From contig CAVTWJ010000021.1 in NCBI GenBank assembly GCA_963738405.1, positions 32,001 to 96,000 on the forward strand: a stretch of DNA of 64,000 bases. Reading direction: 5' to 3'. The translations under genes and the position numbers were made by a program. The notes under the pieces were generated by a model. It saw only the letters and a list, made by a program, of their open reading frames with translations. It was not told where the DNA came from and made no database searches. Positions within the stretch are counted from its first letter, which is position 1, and every line of letters starts with the position of its first letter. This DNA comes from a candidate division FCPU426 bacterium (GTDB lineage Bacteria; Oederibacteriota; Muellerivitia; Muellerivitales; Muellerivitaceae). This document shows positions 48,562 to 57,416 of the stretch, one piece after another.

Positions 48562-49458
48562 TCATCGCCGGATAATAAGAATAACCGCCCCCACGATCAA
48601 ACCCGAGGCCAATATAACGGAGAGGGTTACGGGCTCCCCTGCCCAGGCCCATCCAAGAAACACCGCGATCACTGGATTGACGAAGGCATAGGCGGAAGCT
48701 AACGCCGGGGTGGCCCGATGAAGGACCCAGATATAAGACGTGAACCCCACCAAAGAACCGACGAGGCCCAGATAAGCCCAGGCCCACCATGAACCGGAAG
48801 AGATTTGAGCTAAATGAAACCCCGTCATCTCCCCAATCAAAATCGCTCCCAAAAGCTGAAAAACACCTCCAGCGATCATTTCCATTGAGGTGGCAAGAAA
48901 AACCGAATCCGGTAAGTTAGCTTGTCTGGCGTAGATGGAACCCATGGCCCAGCTAACCGGGGTTAAGATCAGAACGAGCATTCTCCAACCGACGGGTTTT
49001 TCCCCATAACCTGCAAACCCGGGTATCGTCAACAAAGCGACCCCGGTAAGGCCCAAAACGATACCCCACCAGATTGAAGTATTGGGTTTACTTTTTTTCC
49101 CCAAAACCATTCCACCAAAACCATCCAAAGGGGAACGGTCGCCACCAAAAGAGCCGCCACACCCGAGGGCACCTCACGCTCCGCCCAACTGACCCCGCCA
49201 TTGGAGAAGAAGACCAGTAAAAAAACCCACAATGGCCGCGCTCTTCCATTGATTCCATGTGGGCCGAGATTCACCTTTCATTCGGTTAATCGCGTAGAGA
49301 AGAATTCCCGAGAAAAGAAATCGGCTTCCCGCCATGAGAAGGGGAGGGAAAGTCGAAACCGAAATGCGGATGGCCAGGTAGGTCGAACCCCAGACCAAGT
49401 AAACGCACCCAAGGGCCAGCCACACATCGGGAGTCAGGGAATGGTTTCGTCTAGGCAT
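48562..49458 (-). pseudogene. EamA/YedA-like transporter interrupted by two frameshifts
   Basis: VYLVWGSTYLAIR...VGF | LLVFFSNGG...VPLWMVL..WG | KSKP...YAFVNPVIAVFLG pieces joined at a T7 run (49219-49225) and an A7 run (49092-49098). Confidence 0.75.
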
Positions 49459-49512
49459 GAAGAGGTCCGTGAATTATGATGAAATCATATTGGTTAAGAC
49501 TAGGGGCTCATT

Positions 49513-50496
49513 ATGACGGAAATGCAGCAAATCACCCCTCGGGCGAAAAAAAATATATTCCTAATACGTTTTATTTTGGCTTTGATTTTACTTTGTTTCG
49601 CGTTCTTTTATCTTCAACCACATCCCGAAAAAAAAGAATTAGTTCTTATTTATTCAGCCGTATTAATCGCTTCCTTTTTTCCCTTCTTTTCCATGACCGA
49701 AGAACAATTTGAGAAGATCCGGTTTCAATATGTCGTGTTTTCCATGGACTTCGTGTTTCTTTTAAGTGGGCTTTTTCTCTTTGATCACTTTGAAACCAAC
49801 CTGCTCATCATGCTGTTTTTCACTTTTTTCATTTCCGCCTTGAGCCAGTCGCCCGGCCGTAGCTTTGTCGTATCGATTCCTGTCATCGCCCTTTACGTTT
49901 ACCTCAACTATATGAAAAGCGACGTATTTAACGTCATGGATCCGGTGCTCTTTCTTTCCTGCGCTTTACTTTTGGTTGTGGCCATCCATGCCGGTTATCT
50001 CGCCTACCGAACGGTTCAACAAGAGAAAGAAATAATCGAATTGGCTAAGAAGGCAAATCTCTTAGCCGAAAAGGTACGAGAAGGGGATCAGGCCGCCTTG
50101 GAATACGCCTCCACCCTCAAAAATGTTCTGGACGCCTTGCCCGTCGGGGCCATCGCCGTTTCAACCCAACAAACGATTCTTTTCGTTAACAGCCGTGTTG
50201 GAAAAATATTGGATTTGAATCCCCGGTCCCTCATTAACCTTTACCTGCCCGAAAAGACCACTCCCTTAGGCGAAATTGGCGTCCTGATGGCCAAAGCCAT
50301 CAAGGATCGGCATGAATTGAAAAGAGAATATCTGGATATCGAGTGGAAAGGCGTCCCCAAGAGGTTCCGATTGGACAGCGCCACCGGTGCCGCCGGACCT
50401 AACGGAAAGGTTTGGGGAACCTTGTTTGTGCTCCAGGAAACCCATCGAACACCGGAAGAAAATCCCTCCGTACCTGATCCTTTGCTGAAAGACTGA
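49513..50496 (+). CDS. Membrane protein with a coiled coil and C-terminal PAS-like domain
   Basis: 5-6 TMs, then VLDALPVGAIAV.....ILFVN ... G...G.LFVLQE. Confidence 0.7.
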   Translation: MTEMQQITPRAKKNIFLIRFILALILLCFAFFYLQPHPEKKELVLIYSAVLIASFFPFFSMTEEQFEKIRFQYVVFSMDFVFLLSGLFLFDHFETNLLIMLFFTFFISALSQSPGRSFVVSIPVIALYVYLNYMKSDVFNVMDPVLFLSCALLLVVAIHAGYLAYRTVQQEKEIIELAKKANLLAEKVREGDQAALEYASTLKNVLDALPVGAIAVSTQQTILFVNSRVGKILDLNPRSLINLYLPEKTTPLGEIGVLMAKAIKDRHELKREYLDIEWKGVPKRFRLDSATGAAGPNGKVWGTLFVLQETHRTPEENPSVPDPLLKD

Positions 50497-50730
50497 ATCT
50501 TTGATTTTCCTCTCGCCTTGTGGTCCCCCCATTCCATCCCCTTAATTTCCTTACATTCCGGGACTTAGAAAGGTCTTTCGAGCGCCTCTCGCTTGTGGTG
50601 CGGCGATTCCCTGCGACCGAAAGCGGCAAAAAAATAAAAAAACTGTTTCAGGAGTATTCTCGCTTTAGTCCTTCATCCTTTTCCATTCCCGACTCACAGA
50701 CTCACGCCAAAATAAAAAAATAATATATTT

Positions 50731-50771
50731 TGTTACGTAACACTCGCATTTTTTTTGTTTCGTGTTAAAAT
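50731..50771 (+). promoter_or_regulatory. Perfect palindrome TGTTACGTAACA plus extended -10 promoter (TGtTAAAAT)
   Basis: Palindrome at 50731-50742; TG at 50763-64 and TAAAAT at 50766-71. Confidence 0.55.
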
Positions 50772-50800
50772 GTCGTAAATTCGCTAAGAAGGAGGGACCC

Positions 50801-50851
50801 GTGGCGAAGAAAGTTGCTAAGAAGAAACCCGCGAAGAAAAAGAAGAAGTAA
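50801..50851 (+). CDS. 16-aa lysine-rich microprotein MAKKVAKKKPAKKKKK
   Basis: SD AAGGAGG, GTG start, TAA stop, own promoter and terminator. Confidence 0.7.
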   Translation: MAKKVAKKKPAKKKKK

Positions 50852-50875
50852 ATTCTTCATGACTGTTTTGTTTGC

Positions 50876-50907
50876 AAGCCCGTCCCCATTCGGGGACGGG
50901 CTTTTTT
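50876..50907 (+). terminator. Intrinsic terminator after the microprotein ORF
   Basis: AAGCCCGTCCCC-attc-GGGGACGGGC-T6. Confidence 0.9.
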
Positions 50908-51265
50908 CATTTTAAGCTCTAGTAAGAGCCCCAAAGTTTTTAGGCGACTCCTGAAATTCCCATTTTTAATCCCTCTAAAAAACATTTAGTGAAACCAAAT
51001 CATAAAAAGTATCAATGCGTCGAATGGAAGATCAAATTGGAAAAATTTATTGAAATTTAATTTATGGGCGTTTATCAACGTCTTTAGTTATTCTTGAATG
51101 CCTGGTTTATTGGGTTTTTAAACCGATTTTGGAACCGTGGACGATATCAAACATTTCCTTGGTAAATTCGCACCCTTCCCATTGAAAAATATTGATAGTC
51201 CTTGATTTATACGCTTTGAAAAAAAACATTACGTTCTTAAGCAACCGAATACAAAAATAAGAATA

Positions 51266-51994
51266 TCAACCAAACACTTTGTTCCAAAGAATCCGCAAGG
51301 GATCATAATACTTATCCACAACCCTCTCCTTAAGCGGAATAATGGCGTTGTCCGTAATGTGGATATCCTCGGGACAAACCTCAGTACAGCATTTGGTGAT
51401 ATTACATAGACCCAGACCATGTTGGTCCTTGAGAAGGCCGGTTCGGTCTAACTTATCGATAGGATGCATTTCGAGAGAGGCGATACGCGCGAAAAAGCGG
51501 GGACCCGCGAATTGACCCTGCATATTGTGTTCACGCAAAACATGACAAGTGTTTTGGCAGAGGAAGCATTCGATGCATTTTCGGAATTCCTGCACTCGAT
51601 CCACGTCCCTTTGCTCCCATTGCCACACAGCCCCATCCTTCGGGGTAAAGGGCGGAATCTTTTTATTAACTTCATAGTTATAGGAAACGTCAGTTGCCAG
51701 ATCTTTCATGAGCGGGAAGGCTTTCATCGGGGTGACGGTAATGGTTTGACCTTCCTCAAACTCGTTCAGGCGGGTCATGCACATCAGCCGAGGTTTTCCG
51801 TTCACTTCAGCCGAGCAGGAGCCGCATTTACCCGCCTTGCAATTCCAACGGCAGGCCAGGTCGGGGGTTTGAGTCGCTTGGAGGCGGTGGATGGCGTCCA
51901 ACACCACCATCCCCTCCTCCACCTCCACATCGTAATCTTTAAGCTCCCCGCCTTCGGAGTTACCCCGGTAAACCTTCATGTGAACCATCGACAT
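51266..51994 (-). CDS. sdhB: Succinate dehydrogenase/fumarate reductase Fe-S subunit
   Basis: NCKAGKCGSC, CIECFLCQNTC, CNITKCCTEVCP. Confidence 0.92.
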   Translation of the reverse strand: MSMVHMKVYRGNSEGGELKDYDVEVEEGMVVLDAIHRLQATQTPDLACRWNCKAGKCGSCSAEVNGKPRLMCMTRLNEFEEGQTITVTPMKAFPLMKDLATDVSYNYEVNKKIPPFTPKDGAVWQWEQRDVDRVQEFRKCIECFLCQNTCHVLREHNMQGQFAGPRFFARIASLEMHPIDKLDRTGLLKDQHGLGLCNITKCCTEVCPEDIHITDNAIIPLKERVVDKYYDPLRILWNKVFG

Positions 51995-52020
51995 TCCGTC
52001 CTCCTCATTACATCTTTAGC

Positions 52021-53904
52021 TTAAGAAGCCGCGGGCGCTTCCCCGCGGATTTGTTTTAAGATTTCCGGTTTTAATAAATGCTCGTTCACCAATTCATTTT
52101 CCAACTCGGAGGGAATTTGCGGCAGGGCTTCCTGGGCCACTTCCATGGTTCCGTTTTTATGCCGAACCACAATCCGCTTTTTAGCAAACTCTTTTGAGTA
52201 ATCCGGGCAGTCGGTGCGCGTATGTCCTCCCCGGGATTCCTTCCGTTCTTTGGCCGCCCGGGTTATCGCCTCGCCAACAATGAGCATATTTCGAAGATCA
52301 AGGGCCACGTGCCAGCCAGGGTTGAAAAGTCTATTTCCCTCCGCCGACACCTTTTGCAAACGATCCTGAAGGATCGCCAAGTCTTTTAAACCCTGGTCCA
52401 ATAGTTTCTCTTCACGGTACATACCCGCTCCCTTTTCCATCGCCGTCTGCAGGTCGGCCAGAATGGCATAGGAAACTTCTCCCGGAGGGTTTGCAAAGGG
52501 CTGGTCCATTTGACGGTTGAGTTCGGAAAGGCTGTCCTCATTTATCTTAGGCGTTCCATTTTTCTTGGCGAATGCCGCGGCGTGTTCGCCGGCCAGTTTG
52601 CCGAATACCACCAAATCGGAAAGGGAGTTGCCCCCAAGGCGGTTGGAGCCGTGCATCCCGGCCGAGCATTCACCCGCTGCGAAAAGGCCCGGCACCGTGG
52701 ACATTTGGGTTTCGGGGTCGACCTTGACCCCTCCCATCATGTAATGGCAGGTTGGGGCAATTTCCATGGGAACCTGAGTGATATCCACATCCGCCAATTG
52801 TTTGAACTGGTGGTACATGGAGGGAAGTTTTTTCTTGATGTCCTCCGGACTGCGACGGGAGGCGATGTCGAGATAGACGCCGCCATGTTCGCTGCCGCGC
52901 CCCTCATGAATCTCGTTCCAAAGGGCCCGGGCTGTCACATCTCGGCTCATGAGTTCGGGAGGCTTTCGTTCCTTCACCGTTTCCTCTTTTTGTCCCTCCA
53001 CCACGACCTTTTTAAACCAAGTGTTGGCTTCTTCTTCCGTATCGGCGTATTTTCCCTGGTACTTGGGCGGGATGTACTTGAACATAAACCTTTCGCCCTT
53101 GTTGTTTTTCAAAACCCCTCCCTCGCCGCGGACGCCTTCGGTGATCAAGAGTCCCCTTACGGAAGGAGGCCAAACCATTCCAGTGGGGTGAAACTGGACA
53201 TATTCCATGTCGGCTAATTCGGCTCCCGCCAGGTAAGCCAGGGCGAATCCGTCGCCGGTGCATTCCCAGGAGTTGGAATTTACCCGGTAAAGTTTGCCGA
53301 TACCGCCAGTTGAAAGAATAATCGACTTGGCCTTAAAGAGAACGGGGCGGCCCGTTTCGCGGAAATAGCCGTAGGCTCCGGCGATACGGTCCCCGTCTTT
53401 GAGGAGGGCATAAATGGTGCATTCCATATGCACCTCAATGCCCGAATGCACTCCCTTGTCCTGAAGGGTACGAATGAGTTCCAACCCGGTCCGGTCGCCG
53501 ACATGGGCGAGGCGCTTGTAGGTATGGCCCCCGAAATGGCGGACGTTGATGTTGCCCTTGCCGTCGGTAGTACGGTCAAACACCGCCCCCCATTTTTCCA
53601 GCTCCCTTACCCGGTCGGGTGCCTGTTGGGCGTGGATCTGGGCCATACGCCAGTGGTTGGCGAAGTTGCCGCCGAGAAGGGTGTCGCAAAAATGCTGGCG
53701 CCAGGAATCCCGGGAATCCACCGTGGCCAAAGCTGCGGCGATGCCGCCCTCGGCCATGACCGTGTGGGCCTTACCCAAAAGGGATTTGCAGACAAGCCCG
53801 GTTTTGCAACCCGCGGCAGAGGCCTCAATGGCGGCCCTTAATCCCGCTCCACCCGCTCCGATCACCAGCACGTCGTATTCGTATGATTGATAGCTGTCGC
53901 TCAT
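52021..53904 (-). CDS. sdhA: Succinate dehydrogenase/fumarate reductase flavoprotein
   Basis: GAGGAG, HTVMAEGG (covalent FAD His), QFHPTG, TEGVRGEG, HYMMGG, HGSNRLGGNSL, ESRGGH. Confidence 0.95.
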   Translation of the reverse strand: MSDSYQSYEYDVLVIGAGGAGLRAAIEASAAGCKTGLVCKSLLGKAHTVMAEGGIAAALATVDSRDSWRQHFCDTLLGGNFANHWRMAQIHAQQAPDRVRELEKWGAVFDRTTDGKGNINVRHFGGHTYKRLAHVGDRTGLELIRTLQDKGVHSGIEVHMECTIYALLKDGDRIAGAYGYFRETGRPVLFKAKSIILSTGGIGKLYRVNSNSWECTGDGFALAYLAGAELADMEYVQFHPTGMVWPPSVRGLLITEGVRGEGGVLKNNKGERFMFKYIPPKYQGKYADTEEEANTWFKKVVVEGQKEETVKERKPPELMSRDVTARALWNEIHEGRGSEHGGVYLDIASRRSPEDIKKKLPSMYHQFKQLADVDITQVPMEIAPTCHYMMGGVKVDPETQMSTVPGLFAAGECSAGMHGSNRLGGNSLSDLVVFGKLAGEHAAAFAKKNGTPKINEDSLSELNRQMDQPFANPPGEVSYAILADLQTAMEKGAGMYREEKLLDQGLKDLAILQDRLQKVSAEGNRLFNPGWHVALDLRNMLIVGEAITRAAKERKESRGGHTRTDCPDYSKEFAKKRIVVRHKNGTMEVAQEALPQIPSELENELVNEHLLKPEILKQIRGEAPAAS

Positions 53905-53940
53905 GATTTCAAAACACTCCTATCCTCTAGATTCACTTCA

Positions 53941-54708
53941 TTAAAAGATTTTGAGATCGGTCCAAATACCCATCGCGACAAGGCGGACATAAAGGTCCGC
54001 GAACCCAACCGTAAAAAGTGAAAGCCAGCCCCAAAGGGGGTGATCCTCATTGAGTTTGCTGACCCTGCACCAAGCCTTGTATCGAAAATCATTGGTGGGG
54101 CAATTGGAGAAACAATCCAGTTTTCCTCCCACCAGATGCCGCCAGGCGTGACAACTGAAAACATAGAGTGTTAATAAAATTGTATCCGCCAACAACACAA
54201 CCGTACCCATCCCCACGTAATAGGTTTTCGGACCTTCGATCGTGAAAGCCTTGATGAGATCAATCCAATGGTTAATAACGAGAAGCACGGCCAAATATAG
54301 AAAATAGCGATGAATGTTTTGCAGGATAAAGGGAAAACCCTGCTCGCCTTTGTATTCCCGGGGTTCTTCCCCCACCGCACAGGCGGGCGGGTCTTGAAAC
54401 AAAGCGCGGTAATAGGCCTTGCGGAAGTAATAACAGGTGCCCCGGAATCCCGCAGGGGCCCAAAGAATCAGGATGGCCGGGGACCATTTAAACCAGGAGG
54501 GGCTGAGAAAGGGCGAAAAAGCCGGCGAAACATAGGAACCCCATTGGTAATAAACCTCGCCGTTCGGACCGTAAGGAGTAAAAGCGGCCCAGGTCATGTA
54601 AACGATAAAGGCAAGAAGACCCAACCCAATGACCAGCGACTCCCGCCACCATTCGTCCTGCCGTAGGGTTACACCCGCGCCCTTTTGGGTTCTAACGTCA
54701 ATCGACAT
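53941..54708 (-). CDS. SDH membrane anchor, mycobacterial Rv0249c (Sdh1)-like
   Basis: GFRGTCYYFRKAYYR, PPACAV.E, FP.ILQN.HRYF, SCHAWRHLVGG; directly upstream of sdhA. Confidence 0.8.
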   Translation of the reverse strand: MSIDVRTQKGAGVTLRQDEWWRESLVIGLGLLAFIVYMTWAAFTPYGPNGEVYYQWGSYVSPAFSPFLSPSWFKWSPAILILWAPAGFRGTCYYFRKAYYRALFQDPPACAVGEEPREYKGEQGFPFILQNIHRYFLYLAVLLVINHWIDLIKAFTIEGPKTYYVGMGTVVLLADTILLTLYVFSCHAWRHLVGGKLDCFSNCPTNDFRYKAWCRVSKLNEDHPLWGWLSLFTVGFADLYVRLVAMGIWTDLKIF

Positions 54709-54788
54709 ACTTATCTCCTAAAAAAATAATTTTTTACCCCTCAAACCTTTTATTCACAATAACCGTTCGAGGATTTGAACGCATTTTT

Positions 54789-55778
54789 CTACAATTTCAG
54801 GTTGGAACTATGGCCTGGGGTGGCTTTTTCATTCGGGTTGATATAGGTCTTGGCGAAATTAACAGCCGTTGCACCTTCCGAATAACCGGTTGCGATCAAA
54901 TCCAGCTTGCCGGGATGGGTCACGATATCACCCGCCGCGTAAATGCCGGGAATATTCGTTTCCATCCTTTGATTCACCGGAATCTTGTTTTTCTCAAGCA
55001 CCAATCCCCAATCCTTCAGGAAGGAGAGGGAAGCCTGGAAGCCGAAATTGAGAACCACGAAATCCATAGGAAGAGTTTCGTCCTGGTTGGTGTGGTTTTC
55101 GTAAATGACCGCTTCCTCCACCTTACCGTTTCCCTTGACAGTGCGGAGCTCGTACCACAGTTTAACTTCGACGGAGGAGGCCTTCAGTTTTCGGACAGAT
55201 TCCTCATGGGCCCTAAATTCATCCCGGCGGTGGACCAGGGTCACTTTGGAACAGATGGGTTCCAGCATCAAAGCCCAATCCAGGGCGGAGTCCCCGCCTC
55301 CTACTACCAGGGCTCTTTTCCCCTTAAAGGGTTCCAAGGAAAGAATTCCATATTGCACACCCTTGTCCTCATAGGGAACCAGTTCGGCGTTGGGATGTTT
55401 TTTGGGCGTAAAAGATCCCATGCCCAGGGTTAAAACGACCGCCTTACTATGGTGAAGAACTCCCTTTTCTGTCGTCAGTTCAAACACGTTGTCAGGGCGC
55501 TTAACGAGATGGCTCACCCTTTCCCCTAAAACGATTGTGGGTTTAAACCGCATTAGCTGTTCTTCCATGTCTTTTACCAGCTGTTTGCCGGATACGCGGG
55601 GAAACCCCGCCACATCGTATATATCTTTTTCCGGGTACATGGCCGCCACTTGTCCGCCCAGTTGTTCCAGGGAATCAATAATTTTGGTTTTCATACCGCG
55701 AAGGCCTGCGTAAAACCCGCCGAACATACCGGCAGGTCCGGCCCCCACAATGATGATGTCGAATATTTCCTCGGCCAT
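54789..55778 (-). CDS. TrxR-like ferredoxin-NADP+ reductase (YumC type)
   Basis: GAGPAG, GGQ..AMYPEK.IYDVAGF, GGGDSALDW, HRR..FRAH, LIATG..E; no CxxC. Confidence 0.88.
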   Translation of the reverse strand: MAEEIFDIIIVGAGPAGMFGGFYAGLRGMKTKIIDSLEQLGGQVAAMYPEKDIYDVAGFPRVSGKQLVKDMEEQLMRFKPTIVLGERVSHLVKRPDNVFELTTEKGVLHHSKAVVLTLGMGSFTPKKHPNAELVPYEDKGVQYGILSLEPFKGKRALVVGGGDSALDWALMLEPICSKVTLVHRRDEFRAHEESVRKLKASSVEVKLWYELRTVKGNGKVEEAVIYENHTNQDETLPMDFVVLNFGFQASLSFLKDWGLVLEKNKIPVNQRMETNIPGIYAAGDIVTHPGKLDLIATGYSEGATAVNFAKTYINPNEKATPGHSSNLKL

Positions 55779-55896
55779 GGGTTTCCCCCTCGCTTGGTTT
55801 TTGGAACGAATGTGATTTGAGCGTTTTTTATAGACTGCTTTATTTAAATACTAAACTTTATTGCCGATTTTAAGATCACGATCAGGTGAATAATTT

Positions 55897-56340
55897 CTAA
55901 CGGTGCGGCGTATAAGACAGATTAGGCGCGGGACGTTCAACCGCGATGCTTTCCTTAATGCAAACGGTTTCGCAAAGTTTGCAACTGACGCATTTTTTCT
56001 CGTCTACGACCGCTATTTTGAAAAATTCAGGGTGATCGTGCCGTGGCTGCATGGAAATACAGTCAAAGGGACAGATGTCGACACAAAATTCGCAGGCCGT
56101 GCAGGTTTCAGGATCCACTTTCGCCTTGGGGATGGCGAGAGGTTTTATTTTTTTAACGATATCACCCAGGGGGTCAATGATGGCTTCGACAGGGCAATGG
56201 ATGCCGCAAACACCGCAGTCGATGCAGAGGGCTGGATCAATGTGGTGAAGGTTTTTCTTATCGCCCGCGATGGCTTCAGTGGGGCATTTAACCGCGCAGA
56301 GAGTGCAGCCGATGCAATTGTCTAGAATGACGTGCGGCAT
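55897..56340 (-). CDS. Polyferredoxin with four CxxCxxCxxxC motifs
   Basis: CIGCTLCAVKCP, CIDCGVCGIHCP, CTACEFCVDICP, CVSCKLCETVC. Confidence 0.9.
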   Translation of the reverse strand: MPHVILDNCIGCTLCAVKCPTEAIAGDKKNLHHIDPALCIDCGVCGIHCPVEAIIDPLGDIVKKIKPLAIPKAKVDPETCTACEFCVDICPFDCISMQPRHDHPEFFKIAVVDEKKCVSCKLCETVCIKESIAVERPAPNLSYTPHR

Positions 56341-56416
56341 AAGCGCTCCCCTAATTTCAAGGCAAGAAACCTGACAGCTTTAAGTAGGAATATTTAATCA
56401 AAAGGCCCAGAAAAAT

Positions 56417-56447
56417 AAAAGGCCCTTCTGAAAGAGAAGGGCCTTTT
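56417..56447. terminator. Bidirectional-looking intrinsic terminator after korB
   Basis: AAAAGGCCCTTCT-gaaag-AGAAGGGCCTTTT. Confidence 0.75.
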
Positions 56448-56468
56448 GTCGTCCTTGTTGTTTTAAAT

Positions 56469-57365
56469 TTAAACGTACTCTTCAATCAATTTTTTGCGTT
56501 GTTCCGATGTTAAACCCAACTTCTTTGTCTTGGCCAAGCCCGCGCCCTGCAGGGCCGGGTCCGCCGCGTCGAGGGAAGGCTGGGGATTCGGGTTTTTGTA
56601 GAAAACCCCTATGGGGATCTGCGCTCCCCACTCTTTGGAACGTTCCATTCCGGAAGCCCAGTCGGTGGGGTTGTGGCCCTTATCTTCCAGCTTATAGACA
56701 CGTTCCTTGAACCATCCGAAGGTATTTTGCTTGTTAAAGGTGACGCAGGGGCTGAAGACGTCGATCAGGGCAAAACCCGGATACTGGATGGCCTGGGTAT
56801 AGAGGCTCTTTAAGTGATTGATATCGCCGGAGAACCCGCGCGCCACAAAACCGCATCCGGCCGCCAGCGCCAGTGCGATGGGGTTCAACTGTCCCTCGGG
56901 ATTTCCGTTGGGGGTGGACTTGGTCTTCATCCCGGACTCGGAAGTGGGCGAAGTCTGGCCGGTGGTCAGGCCGTAGATCTCGTTGTCCATGACGATATAG
57001 GTCATATTGACGTTGCGGCGCATAGAATGGATGAAATGGCCTTGGCCGATTCCGTAGCCGTCCCCGTCGCCGCCGCAGGCGATAACGGTCATCTCATGGT
57101 TGCCCATCTTGGCGCCAGTGGCTACCGGCAGGGAACGACCGTGCAGGGAATGCATGCCATAAGACCGGAAAAAGCCGGGCAGGTTGGACGAACATCCGAT
57201 TCCCGAAACCACCATCAATTGCTCGTTGGGGATTCCCAGTTCGCCACAGGCGCGCTGGAGAACGGTCAAGACCCCGTAGTCCCCGCAACCTGGACACCAA
57301 TCCGGCGGGATTTCCGGTTTATAAAGTTTCGCGTCCCTCGGTGCTGCTACGACTGCTGTCGCCAT
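56469..57365 (-). CDS. korB: 2-oxoacid:ferredoxin oxidoreductase beta subunit
   Basis: WCPGCG, SGIGCS, HGR, GGDGD, DNEIYGLTTGQTSPT, SPCVTFN. Confidence 0.9.
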   Translation of the reverse strand: MATAVVAAPRDAKLYKPEIPPDWCPGCGDYGVLTVLQRACGELGIPNEQLMVVSGIGCSSNLPGFFRSYGMHSLHGRSLPVATGAKMGNHEMTVIACGGDGDGYGIGQGHFIHSMRRNVNMTYIVMDNEIYGLTTGQTSPTSESGMKTKSTPNGNPEGQLNPIALALAAGCGFVARGFSGDINHLKSLYTQAIQYPGFALIDVFSPCVTFNKQNTFGWFKERVYKLEDKGHNPTDWASGMERSKEWGAQIPIGVFYKNPNPQPSLDAADPALQGAGLAKTKKLGLTSEQRKKLIEEYV

Positions 57366-57416
57366 AATTTCCTCCTGGAAAATTGCCTCCCCTTTCGGGG
57401 AAAGGTTGAATAAAAT

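Noticed and set aside
49174..49176. In-frame TGA as selenocysteine or readthrough
   Set aside because: EamA homology across this stretch lies in a different frame, so frameshifts explain it
50520..50723. 67-aa ORF as a continuation of the PAS sensor
   Set aside because: No kinase or GGDEF motifs and no SD; likely spurious
50908..51265. AT-rich gap as an origin of replication or ncRNA
   Set aside because: No DnaA-box cluster or convincing structure seen
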